Below are positions 16,864 through 24,723 of a stretch of 64,000 nucleotides of DNA, piece after piece (position 1 is the first letter of the stretch; every line of letters starts with the position of its first letter). Location of the stretch: contig DATAFJ010000027.1 of assembly GCA_036257535.1 (NCBI GenBank), positions 20,636 to 84,635 of the forward strand, in the 5' to 3' direction. The stretch comes from Vicinamibacterales bacterium. Lineage in GTDB: Bacteria; Acidobacteriota; Vicinamibacteria; Vicinamibacterales; 2-12-FULL-66-21. The translations under genes were made by a program, and so were the position numbers. The notes under the pieces were generated by a model that was given only the letters and a program-made list of their open reading frames with translations, had not been told where the DNA came from and ran no database searches.

Positions 16864-18344
16864 CAGCGTCCCCACCGCTCGAGCGTCGCCCAGGGGTCTC
16901 GCTCGACGCGAGTCGCCGCAGCGGGCGGCGCCGGTGGTTTCCAGAAGCTCGCTGCAGCCTGCGCGGCGTCGGTCGGTTCCTTCGTATCGCGGAGCTCGGC
17001 GATGCGTTCTTCGACGAACGCCGTGTCGACCGTGCCCGCGCGGAATGCGGGATGGCCGAGGATTGCGCAGAGAAACGCCACGTTCGTGCGAAGCCCGAGG
17101 ATTGGATATCTCGTCAGCGCCGAAGCCGCTCGATCGATCGCAGCGTCGCGCGTTTCGGCAAACGCGATGAGCTTCGCGATGAGCGGGTCGTAATGGACGC
17201 TGATCTCGCTCCCTTCCGCGACCCCCGAATCCACCCGGATGCCGGTCCCCGACGGCTCGCGATAGAGCAGGATCCGCCCCGACTGCGGGAGAAAGTCCTC
17301 ATCGGGATCCTCGGCATAGACACGGCACTCGATCGAATGGCCGCGCTGGCTGAGCGCCTCCTGCGTCCAGGGCAACGGCGCGCCGCCGGCGACCGCAAGC
17401 TGTGCGCGGACGAGGTCCACGCCGACGACGGCTTCGGTGACGGGGTGCTCGACTTGCAGGCGGGTGTTCATTTCGAGAAAGAAGAACTGCGCCGAGTCGC
17501 CGGACCCGTCGACGAGGAACTCGACGGTGCCGGCGTTGCGGTAGCCGGCCGCGCGCGCAGCGGCAACGGCGGCGTCGCCCAGCCGCGCGCGCATTTCCGG
17601 TGTAATCCCCGGCGCCGGTGTTTCCTCGACAATCTTCTGGTGCCGGCGCTGGACGGAGCACTCGCGCTCGAAGAGATGGACAACGTGGTCGTGAGCATCG
17701 GCGAAGACCTGAACTTCGATGTGCCGCGGACGCTCGATCAGCCGTTCGACATACAGCGTGTCGTCGCCGAAGGCGGAATGCGCTTCGCGTCGCGCCGCCG
17801 GGACCGCTTCGTACGCCTCCTCGATCGTGCGGATCGCGCGCATGCCTTTCCCGCCGCCGCCTGCCGACGCTTTTACCAGAGCGGGCAGACCGACGCGCTC
17901 GATCGCGGTGACGATCCCGTTGTCTGACTGATCGGCTGGGGTGGCGCCTGGAACGACTGGCACGCCCGCGCGTTCCATCAGCCGGCGGGCGCCGATCTTC
18001 GATCCCATCCGGGCGATCACGTCGGCGGGCGGGCCGATGAACGTCAGCTTCGCATCGGCGCATGCGCCTGCCAGCGCCGGGTTCTCCGACAGAAATCCAT
18101 ATCCGGGATGCACCGCGTCGGCGCCGCTCGTCCGGGCGGCATCGACGATCTTGCGTACCGACAGATAGCTTTCACCGGCGGGCGACGGGCCGATGTGAAC
18201 GGCCCGGTCGGCCGCGCCGACGTGCGGCGCGCGGGCATCGGCCTCGGAGAACACGGCCACGCTCTCGATGCGCGCCTCGCGACACGCTCGGATGATGCGA
18301 AGCGCGATCTCGCCACGGTTTGCGACGAGCAGCCTTTGAATCAC
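16863..18344 (-). CDS. mccA: Biotin carboxylase subunit (BC + part of BT domain) of methylcrotonyl-CoA carboxylase
   Basis: RLLVANRGEIALRIIRACRE, ATP-grasp GGGGKGMR, EMNTRLQVEHPVTE. It ends before any biotinyl domain. Start placed at GTG 18344 (MIQRLLVANRGEIA); the tracked TTG 18356 lies inside the heptamer array. Confidence 0.9.
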   Translation of the reverse strand: MIQRLLVANRGEIALRIIRACREARIESVAVFSEADARAPHVGAADRAVHIGPSPAGESYLSVRKIVDAARTSGADAVHPGYGFLSENPALAGACADAKLTFIGPPADVIARMGSKIGARRLMERAGVPVVPGATPADQSDNGIVTAIERVGLPALVKASAGGGGKGMRAIRTIEEAYEAVPAARREAHSAFGDDTLYVERLIERPRHIEVQVFADAHDHVVHLFERECSVQRRHQKIVEETPAPGITPEMRARLGDAAVAAARAAGYRNAGTVEFLVDGSGDSAQFFFLEMNTRLQVEHPVTEAVVGVDLVRAQLAVAGGAPLPWTQEALSQRGHSIECRVYAEDPDEDFLPQSGRILLYREPSGTGIRVDSGVAEGSEISVHYDPLIAKLIAFAETRDAAIDRAASALTRYPILGLRTNVAFLCAILGHPAFRAGTVDTAFVEERIAELRDTKEPTDAAQAAASFWKPPAPPAAATRVERDPWATLERWGR

Positions 18345-18397
18345 GCCAGGCCCCAAGCCCTAAGCCCTAAGCCCCAAGCCCCAAGCCCCAAGCCCTA
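18345..18397 (-). repeat. Heptamer array (CTTGGGG/CTTAGGG), 6-7 units, filling the liuC-mccA spacer
   Basis: Sense (minus) strand: TAGGG CTTGGGG CTTGGGG CTTGGGG CTTAGGG CTTAGGG CTTGGGG CCTGGC GTG. It runs from stop TAG (18397-18395) to start GTG (18344-18342). Confidence 0.92.
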
Positions 18398-19156
18398 CTT
18401 CCGTTTCTCTAAGAAGGCGCGCATTCCGCGTTGGCCTTCATCAGAGACCCGCTGGCGCGCGATCGTCTCGGCCGTGATATCCATCACGGAACTGGGGCTG
18501 CGGCCCGAGATTTTGCGGATAAGGGCCTTCGCTTCGGCGACGGCACCCGGCGCGGAGCTCGCCAGTTCGGTCAGAACCGACTCGACCGCCTGATCGAGCG
18601 CCGCGGTCCCGACGACGGTGTGGACGAGCCCGATTTCACGCGCGCGCGACGCGGGAAAGCGCGCGCCGGTCAGGAAGAGCTCGCGCGCCGCCGAGACGCC
18701 GATTTTCGCGACCACGTACGGCGAAATCACCGCAGGCAGGATCCCGAGCTTGACCTCCGTGAACCCAAACGTCACGTCCTCGGCGGCGATGGCGATATCG
18801 CAGACGGCCGCGAGGCCGGCGCCGCCGCCGAGCGCGGCGCCCTGGATCCGGCCGATTAGTGGAAACGGGACTGTGTCGAGCGCTTCGAACATTCGCGCGA
18901 GAGCGGCCGCGTCGCGCAGGTTCTCCCTGTGCGAGTAGCCGATCATGCGCGACATCCACTGGAGATCGGCGCCGGCGCAGAACACCGGACCGGCGCCGGC
19001 GAGAACCGCGGCGCGGATCGTCCTGTCGTGCGACGCGCCCGTCGCCCAGTCCGCCAGCTCGGCGATCAGCGCATCGTTGAGCGCATTACGCACGTCGGGC
19101 CGGTTGAGTGTGACGAGGGTGACCCGGTTCTCGATGCGAACATCTACTAGCGCCAT
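18395..19156 (-). CDS. liuC: Enoyl-CoA hydratase family, probable methylglutaconyl-CoA hydratase
   Basis: ATG 19156: MALVDVRIENRVTLVTLNRPDVRNALN, VFCAGADL, GGGAGLAAVCD (crotonase motifs). Its position between mccB and mccA fits this role. Confidence 0.8.
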   Translation of the reverse strand: MALVDVRIENRVTLVTLNRPDVRNALNDALIAELADWATGASHDRTIRAAVLAGAGPVFCAGADLQWMSRMIGYSHRENLRDAAALARMFEALDTVPFPLIGRIQGAALGGGAGLAAVCDIAIAAEDVTFGFTEVKLGILPAVISPYVVAKIGVSAARELFLTGARFPASRAREIGLVHTVVGTAALDQAVESVLTELASSAPGAVAEAKALIRKISGRSPSSVMDITAETIARQRVSDEGQRGMRAFLEKRK

Positions 19157-19161
19157 CGTTG

Positions 19162-20769
19162 CTACATGCGGAACACACCGAACTTCGCCGGTGGGATCGG
19201 TGCGTTGAGGGCCATCGAGAGGCCCAGGGCCAGCGCCTCCCGCGTCGCCGCCGGATCCAGAATCCCGTCGTCCCACAGCCGTGCCGTCGAGTAGTACGGG
19301 GACCCTTCCTGCTCGTACTTCTCGAGGATCGGGTTGCGGATAGCCGCTTCTTCGTCCGGCGGCAGCTGACGTCCATCGCGCGCGAGCTGATCGCGCTTGA
19401 CGGTCGTCAGCACGCCGGCCGCCTGCTCGCCTCCCATGACCGAGATCCGCGCGTTGGGCCACATCCAGAGCAGCCGCGGCTCGTACGCCCGGCCGCACAT
19501 CCCGTAGTTCCCGGCGCCGAACGACCCCCCGATGATGACGGTGAACTTCGGCACGACAGAGTTGGCGACGGCATGAACCATCTTCGCGCCATCTTTCGCG
19601 ATGCCCGCGCGCTCGTACTGACGCCCGACGATGAACCCCGTGATGTTCTGCAAAAAGATCAGCGGCACCGATCTCAGGTTGCAGAGCTCGATGAAATGCG
19701 TCGCCTTGAGCGCGGACTCGGAGAAGAGAACGCCGTTGTTGGCGATGATACCCACCAGATAGCCGTGAAGACGCGCGAATCCGGTGACGAGCGTGGCGCC
19801 GTAGCGCTCCTTGAACTCGTCGAAGCGCGACCCGTCCACGACCCGCGCGATGATCTCACGGACGTCGTACGGCTTCCTGACATCGGCTTCGACGATGCCG
19901 TAGATTTCCTTCGGATCGTACCGCGGCGGTTCGGGTGCCTCGAGGTCGGCCGGAGGCGCTTTGGTCGTGTTCAGCGTGGAGACGATCGTTCGTGCGATCT
20001 CGAGCGCGTGTTCGTCGTTCTGCGCGAAGTAGTCCGCGACGCCCGACAGCCGCGTGTGCACGTCGGCGCCGCCGAGCTCCTCGGCGGTGACTTCCTCGCC
20101 GGTTGCGGCCTTTACGAGCGGCGGCCCGCCCAGGAAGATGGTCCCGGTGCCGCTGACGATGACTGTCTCGTCCGACATGGCCGGCACGTAGGCGCCGCCG
20201 GCCGTGCATGAGCCCATGACGACCGCGACCTGCGCGATACGCTCCGCGGACATCCGGGCCTGGTTGAAAAAGATTCGGCCGAAGTGATCGCGATCCGGGA
20301 ACACTTCCGCCTGCAGCGGGAGAAACGCGCCGCCGGAATCCACGAGGTACACGCACGGCAGGCGGTTCTCGAGCGCGATCTGCTGCGCTCGAACGTGCTT
20401 CTTCACCGTCAGCGGATAGTAGGTCCCGCCCTTCACGGTTGCGTCGTTCGCGACGATGACGACCTCGCGCCCCGCGACCCGTCCGACGCCCGTGACGATG
20501 CCCGCGGCTGGTGCTTCGTTGTCGTACAGATCCCAGGCCGCCAGCGGCGACAGCTCCAGAAATGGCGATCCGGGATCGAGTAGACGATCGAGCCGCTCGC
20601 GCACGGGCAGCTTGCCCTGCTCCCGATGCCGCTGCAGGTACTTCTCTCCGCCGCCCTGTCGCACAACCGCCAGGCGATCGCGGAGCTCGGCGACGAGCGT
20701 TTCCGTCCGCTGGGCATTCGATCGGAACACGTCCGAAGCTGGATCGATATGCGTCTCGAGGACGTCCAT
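19162..20769 (-). CDS. mccB: Methylcrotonyl-CoA carboxylase beta (carboxyltransferase) subunit
   Basis: ATG 20769. [55 protein letters not shown]. 535 aa. Confidence 0.9.
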   Translation of the reverse strand: MDVLETHIDPASDVFRSNAQRTETLVAELRDRLAVVRQGGGEKYLQRHREQGKLPVRERLDRLLDPGSPFLELSPLAAWDLYDNEAPAAGIVTGVGRVAGREVVIVANDATVKGGTYYPLTVKKHVRAQQIALENRLPCVYLVDSGGAFLPLQAEVFPDRDHFGRIFFNQARMSAERIAQVAVVMGSCTAGGAYVPAMSDETVIVSGTGTIFLGGPPLVKAATGEEVTAEELGGADVHTRLSGVADYFAQNDEHALEIARTIVSTLNTTKAPPADLEAPEPPRYDPKEIYGIVEADVRKPYDVREIIARVVDGSRFDEFKERYGATLVTGFARLHGYLVGIIANNGVLFSESALKATHFIELCNLRSVPLIFLQNITGFIVGRQYERAGIAKDGAKMVHAVANSVVPKFTVIIGGSFGAGNYGMCGRAYEPRLLWMWPNARISVMGGEQAAGVLTTVKRDQLARDGRQLPPDEEAAIRNPILEKYEQEGSPYYSTARLWDDGILDPAATREALALGLSMALNAPIPPAKFGVFRM

Positions 20770-21005
20770 TACCAGCCGCAGCAGTCGGTCTTGAAGCCGC
20801 AGCGCGGGCAGCGCCACACGGCGTGCATCCGGAACATCGCGCCGCCGCACCGGTCGCAGCCGACTTCGCTCGCGCTCTGCGCGGGCCTCGTCGAGACCGG
20901 GGCATGGGGCTTGGGGCTCCGGGCTTGGGGCGTCGGGCTCAGAGCTTGGGGCATCGGGCGCAGGGCCTGGGGCTTGGGGCTTGGGGGCATCGGCCGTTCA
21001 GGCAT
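20769..21005 (-). CDS. Small Cys4 zinc-ribbon protein translationally coupled to mccB (start uncertain)
   Basis: The C-terminus ...[31 protein letters not shown] carries CxxC-X12-CxxC. Stop TAA overlaps the mccB ATG (TAATG). ATG 21005 lies 6 nt after a TATAAT. The N-terminal ~45 codons are read from the heptamer array, so the coding status of that part is unclear. Confidence 0.45.
   Translation of the reverse strand: MPERPMPPSPKPQALRPMPQALSPTPQARSPKPHAPVSTRPAQSASEVGCDRCGGAMFRMHAVWRCPRCGFKTDCCGW
20899..20996 (+). repeat. Degenerate GGGGCTT heptamer array, ~14 units
   Basis: Plus strand: GGGGCAT GGGGCTT GGGGCTC CGGGCTT GGGGCGT CGGGCTC AGAGCTT GGGGCAT CGGGCGC AGGGCCT GGGGCTT GGGGCTT GGGGGCA TCGGCCG. 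Confidence 0.88.
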
Positions 21006-21094
21006 GCGGGAATTATAGATGACCGCTCCAACCGGCGCTCGGTACGTATGAATACGCTTCACAGCGCATTGAAACAAAACATTGCGTCCATAGA

Positions 21095-21121
21095 TTGACG
21101 CGGAATCACGGGCTGTATAAT
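21095..21121 (+). promoter_or_regulatory. Candidate sigma70-type promoter for the sigma54 activator gene
   Basis: TTGACG (21095-21100), a 15-nt spacer, then TATAAT (21116-21121), in the only low-GC patch of the divergent region, ~60 nt upstream of ATG 21183. The spacer is shorter than the 17-nt optimum. Confidence 0.4.
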
Positions 21122-21182
21122 TACCTGACGTTCTGGACCACGATTTGCTGAGGTTGCGCCCGCGACTCTAGAAAGAACTTCT

Positions 21183-22586
21183 ATGGCTAACGGTAAGCGG
21201 AAGACCCGCGTGCTCGCGATAGATGACGAGCCGGCAATGATCGAATGGCTCAAGATCCTGCTGGAGCACGAAGGCTATGAAGTAAAGACGGCGATGATCG
21301 GCGCCCGCGGCGAAGAGCTGTTCAAGACCTGGAAGCCCGACCTCGTCGTCACCGACATGCTCCTGCCCGACGTGGATGGCCTCGAGCTGCTGCGCCGGTT
21401 CAAGCAGACGCCGCAGGAGACCGAGGTAATCGTGGTCACGGGGCACGGCAGCGTGCAGAAGGCCGTGGAGGCGACGAAGGCGGGCGCGTACGACTTCGTT
21501 GAGAAGCCGATCGATCCGGAGGAGCTGCTCGCGCGGCTTCAGCGTGCGTTCGAGCTGCGCACGCTGCGCGACGAGAACGTCGAGCTGAAGCGCCAGCTCG
21601 AAGGACGGTTCCAGTTCGGCAACATCATCGGGAAGAGCAAGAAGATGCACGAGCTGCTCGACCTGGTGGAGAGCGTCGCGGCGAGCGACGCGAACATTCT
21701 CATCCAGGGCGAGAACGGCACCGGCAAGGAGCTCATCGCCAACGCGATCCACTACAACAGCAAGCGGGCCAAGGGTCCGTTCATCAAGATCAACTGCGCC
21801 GCCATTCCCAAGGACCTCATCGAGTCGGAGCTGTTCGGCTACAAGAAGGGCGCGTTCACGGGCGCGATGTCGGACAAGGAAGGCCTCTTCGAGATGGCGG
21901 AGGGAGGCTCGCTCCTGCTCGACGAGATCGGAGAGATGCCGCCGTACCTGCAGACGAAGCTGCTCCGCGTCCTGCAGGAGCGCGAGTACCGCCCGATCGG
22001 CAGCGATCGGATCGTCCGCGTCGACTTCCGGTTGATCTGCGCGACCAATATCGATCTCGACGCCGCGCTGCGCGACGGCAAGGTCCGCGAGGACCTGTAC
22101 TTCCGCATCAACACGATCACGCTGCGCGTGCCGCCGCTGCGCGAACGGACAGAGGACATTCCGCTGCTTTGCGAGCACTTCCGCGAGAAGTACAACAAGC
22201 GCCACCAGCGCAACATGAAGGGCATCACTCCGGAGGCATACCACATCCTCATCAGGCACCGGTGGCCGGGCAACGTCCGCGAGCTCGAGAACGTCATCGA
22301 GCGGGGCGTGCTCGTCGCCAAGGGGACCGAGATCACGCCCGTCGAGCTGCCGGAAAGCCTGCGCGAGGAAAGCCGGACGCAGACGGAGTTCACGATTCCG
22401 CCGCACCGCACGCTCGCCGAGATCGAGAAAATGGCGATCGTGCAGACGCTGCACCGCACGAACTGGAATAAGCAGGAGGCGGCGCAGATCCTCGGACTGT
22501 ATCGTCCGACGCTCTACAGCAAGATGAAAAAGCACGCCATCTTGGACCCGGGGAAGGGCGCAGCGCGACAGCGCGCGGAGGCGTAG
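21183..22586 (+). CDS. Sigma54-dependent response regulator (NtrC/AtoC family enhancer-binding protein)
   Basis: Receiver domain (LVVTDMLLPDVDG, FVEKP). AAA+ sigma54-interaction domain (Walker A GENGTGKE, GAFTGA loop, LLLDEIGE, RWPGNVRELEN). Fis-type HTH (NWNKQEAAQILGLYRPTLYSKMKKH). Confidence 0.93.
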   Translation: MANGKRKTRVLAIDDEPAMIEWLKILLEHEGYEVKTAMIGARGEELFKTWKPDLVVTDMLLPDVDGLELLRRFKQTPQETEVIVVTGHGSVQKAVEATKAGAYDFVEKPIDPEELLARLQRAFELRTLRDENVELKRQLEGRFQFGNIIGKSKKMHELLDLVESVAASDANILIQGENGTGKELIANAIHYNSKRAKGPFIKINCAAIPKDLIESELFGYKKGAFTGAMSDKEGLFEMAEGGSLLLDEIGEMPPYLQTKLLRVLQEREYRPIGSDRIVRVDFRLICATNIDLDAALRDGKVREDLYFRINTITLRVPPLRERTEDIPLLCEHFREKYNKRHQRNMKGITPEAYHILIRHRWPGNVRELENVIERGVLVAKGTEITPVELPESLREESRTQTEFTIPPHRTLAEIEKMAIVQTLHRTNWNKQEAAQILGLYRPTLYSKMKKHAILDPGKGAARQRAEA

Positions 22587-22678
22587 CCCATCCGCTCGCC
22601 GCGGCGCTCTCTTCCTGAAGTCCCGGTCCGGCGGGCCGATAGATCGGTCGCGGACCATTCACGAGCCGGCGGCACGCT

Positions 22679-22695
22679 TGGCACGGTGTATGGAT
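22679..22695 (+). promoter_or_regulatory. Weak sigma54 -24/-12 candidate upstream of the YtxH operon
   Basis: TGGCACG gtgt ATGGA has a perfect -24 element (TGGCACG, duplicated just upstream as cGGCACGcttGGCACG). At the correct spacing the -12 element reads TGG instead of TGC. It lies ~30 nt upstream of GTG 22724. Confidence 0.3.
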
Positions 22696-22723
22696 CAGAT
22701 TTTATAGGGTACAAGGAGGCGAC

Positions 22724-22984
22724 GTGGACGACAAGGCACGGGTCCTGATGTCGACGCTCGTCGGTGCAGCCGCCGGCGCCGTTCTGGGGTTCCTGTATCT
22801 CACGGAACGGGGCCAGCGTTTCCGGATGCAGATCGAGCCGAGGCTGGACAACTTCATCGGAGAGGTGCATCACCTTCGCGGAACGGTGATGAAGGCTCGC
22901 GAGGCGGCAAACGAGGGTTGGCGCTCGCTCGGCGAAGTCACCGGGCGTGTCGATCGCGAGTGGGATCGGAAGAGGGCTCACTAA
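22724..22984 (+). CDS. YtxH-like small stress/membrane-associated protein
   Basis: GTG 22724 after AAGGAGG. LVGAAAGAVLGFLYLTERGQRFR resembles the YtxH N-terminal glycine-zipper helix. Confidence 0.6.
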   Translation: MDDKARVLMSTLVGAAAGAVLGFLYLTERGQRFRMQIEPRLDNFIGEVHHLRGTVMKAREAANEGWRSLGEVTGRVDREWDRKRAH

Positions 22985-23376
22985 TGGTGGACCTCGGCAC
23001 GACCAACCTGCTGCTCGGCATCATGGCCGCCGTCAGCGTGATCGAGGGGCTGCTGCTCATCGGCATGGGCGTCGGCGGCTTCATGCTGTATCGACGCGTG
23101 ACCACGGCAGTCAACGACATCGAGCGGCGTCACGTCGCGCCGCTGACGGCGAAAGTCAATTCGATACTAGGTGACGTTCAGGCAGTGACCGCGCGCGTGC
23201 AGATGCAGGCGGCCAGAGTGGACAGCGCAATCAGCGAGACGATGGATCGGGTCGATTCGACGGCGGCGCGTGTCAAGTACTCGATGCGCGATCGCATGGA
23301 CCAGATCGCGGCCGTCGTTCACGCGTTCCGTGAAGTCGTTGGCAGCCTGTTCGAACGGCGCGCGGCGAACTACTAG
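22984..23376 (+). CDS. DUF948-like membrane-anchored helical protein
   Basis: ATG 22984 overlaps the upstream stop (TAATG). One N-terminal TM (LLLGIMAAVSVIEGLLLIGMGVGGFMLY) is followed by a long helical region. Confidence 0.6.
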   Translation: MVDLGTTNLLLGIMAAVSVIEGLLLIGMGVGGFMLYRRVTTAVNDIERRHVAPLTAKVNSILGDVQAVTARVQMQAARVDSAISETMDRVDSTAARVKYSMRDRMDQIAAVVHAFREVVGSLFERRAANY

Positions 23377-23390
23377 GGGAGGTTCCTTCA

Positions 23391-23768
23391 ATGGCGTACG
23401 AGTACGATCGATTCGAGCGTGAAGAAGGCAGCGGCGCATTTCTGATGGGGCTGCTGGCCGGGACCGTCCTGGGCGCGGGCCTCGGGATGCTCTTCGCGCC
23501 CAAAGCGGGCGCGGATCTCCGCAACCAGCTGTCGGAGCAGGCTGGCCGGCTGCGCAACACCGCCGCCAATACCTATGGCCAGGCCAGCGAGAAAGTGACG
23601 CAGATCGTCGAGCGGGGACGCGACGCCTACGATCGGGCACGCACCACCGCACAGCGCACCGCCGAGTCGCTGGGCGCGACCGGCACGGCCGGCGCGACCG
23701 GGTCGCCGTCTCCGTCGCCGCTCGGCACACCGGGGCCCAAGCCCGGCACGGAGCGCGATCGGGGATAA
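23391..23768 (+). CDS. YtxH domain protein
   Basis: GAFLMGLLAGTVLGAGLGMLFAPKAGADLR is the canonical YtxH motif. RBS GGGGAGG precedes ATG 23391. Confidence 0.8.
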   Translation: MAYEYDRFEREEGSGAFLMGLLAGTVLGAGLGMLFAPKAGADLRNQLSEQAGRLRNTAANTYGQASEKVTQIVERGRDAYDRARTTAQRTAESLGATGTAGATGSPSPSPLGTPGPKPGTERDRG

Positions 23769-23789
23769 CCGGGATCGGCGCGATCCCGG
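23769..23789 (+). terminator. GC hairpin directly after the YtxH stop (no U-tract)
   Basis: CCGGGATCG gcg CGATCCCGG: a perfect 9-bp stem with a 3-nt loop, starting 1 nt after TAA 23766-23768. The following sequence, ctgatatcatt, is only weakly T-rich. Confidence 0.3.
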
Positions 23790-23805
23790 CTGATATCATT
23801 GCGGC

Positions 23806-24723
23806 GTGGCGTCGCGGTCGCTCGCCTGGCGCGCGCTCGTGCGCGCGAGGGCGGAAGTCAAGCTGACCCTGCTTTCGTTCTGGCGGGGCCTTACTGGCGT
23901 CTACAACGGCGACGACCTGACGTTCGCCGCATCGATTGCGTATTACGCGCTCCTGTCGCTGTTCCCGTTCTTCCTACTCGCGTTTTCCGTTCTCGGCTCG
24001 GTGACCGCGGACGAGGCCGATCGCGCGGCAGCGCTCGGCTTCGTGTTCCGCTACTTCCCGCGCCAGTTCGAGTTCCTGACCAACCAGCTCGACTCGCTCC
24101 GCCAATCCAGAGTCCGGCTCGGCATCGCCGGCAGCCTTCTGATCACGTGGGCGTCAATGGGGGTCTTTGGCGCGGTGACGTCCGCGATCAACCATGCGTG
24201 GGGTGTCGAGCGCCAGCCGAGTTACTTCAAACACAAGCTGATCTCGTTCCTGATGCTGGTGGCGGCCAGCGTGCTGCTTCTCCTCGGCCTCCTGCTCGTG
24301 AGCGCGATGTCCGTTGTCGAGGCGTCCTGGTTCACCTCGGTCGTCGAGCGTTCGCCCTGGCTCGTCGCGCTCCGGGGCTTCGCGTTCCGCTGGGCGACGA
24401 CGTTCCTCTTCATCCTCGTCGTCGGGCTGGTCTTCTATTTCGTGCCCAACGCAGAGGTGCGGTTCCGCGACGTCTGGGTCGGGGCCATCATTACCGGTCT
24501 CCTCTGGCGCGGCGCGCTGGCCGGCTTTTCCTGGTACGTGCGCGACCTGTCGCGATTCAGCGTGCACGGATCCATCGCGGCGGTGGTCGTCTTTCTGATC
24601 TGGGTCTATGTCTCGGCTGTGATCCTTCTCTATGGCGCCGAGTTCACCGCGGCCTACGCGAGACTGAGGCGGCGGCGCCCTGAAGACGTGCCGGCGGCCG
24701 CCACGCCGAGGACGTCAGTGTGA
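23806..24723 (+). CDS. YihY/BrkB-family membrane protein
   Basis: LTFAASIAYYALLSLFPFFLLAFSVLG, six hydrophobic helices, and LLYGAEFTAAYA near the C-terminus. GTG 23806. Confidence 0.85.
   Translation: MASRSLAWRALVRARAEVKLTLLSFWRGLTGVYNGDDLTFAASIAYYALLSLFPFFLLAFSVLGSVTADEADRAAALGFVFRYFPRQFEFLTNQLDSLRQSRVRLGIAGSLLITWASMGVFGAVTSAINHAWGVERQPSYFKHKLISFLMLVAASVLLLLGLLLVSAMSVVEASWFTSVVERSPWLVALRGFAFRWATTFLFILVVGLVFYFVPNAEVRFRDVWVGAIITGLLWRGALAGFSWYVRDLSRFSVHGSIAAVVVFLIWVYVSAVILLYGAEFTAAYARLRRRRPEDVPAAATPRTSV

Noticed and set aside
16855-16880. mccA split as a simple frameshift pseudogene
   Set aside because: This is not fully excluded. However, the junction is a clean TGATG stop/start overlap of the kind used by many intact gene pairs here, and both parts keep all functional motifs. 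I therefore annotate two CDS rather than a pseudogene.
18345-18397. Heptamer arrays as CRISPR arrays
   Set aside because: The units are 7 nt and contiguous with no spacers. There are no cas genes in the window.
18345-18397. TTAGGG-containing arrays as telomeres or linear-replicon ends
   Set aside because: They are 25-100 nt long, internal, and sandwiched between ordinary genes at several loci. Nothing suggests a chromosome end.
21168-22658. 496-aa minus-strand ORF covering the whole sigma54 activator gene
   Set aside because: It is an Arg/Leu/Ala-rich shadow ORF with no motifs. The plus strand has unambiguous receiver, AAA+ (GAFTGA) and Fis-HTH motifs. This is typical antisense ORF persistence in stop-poor GC-rich DNA.
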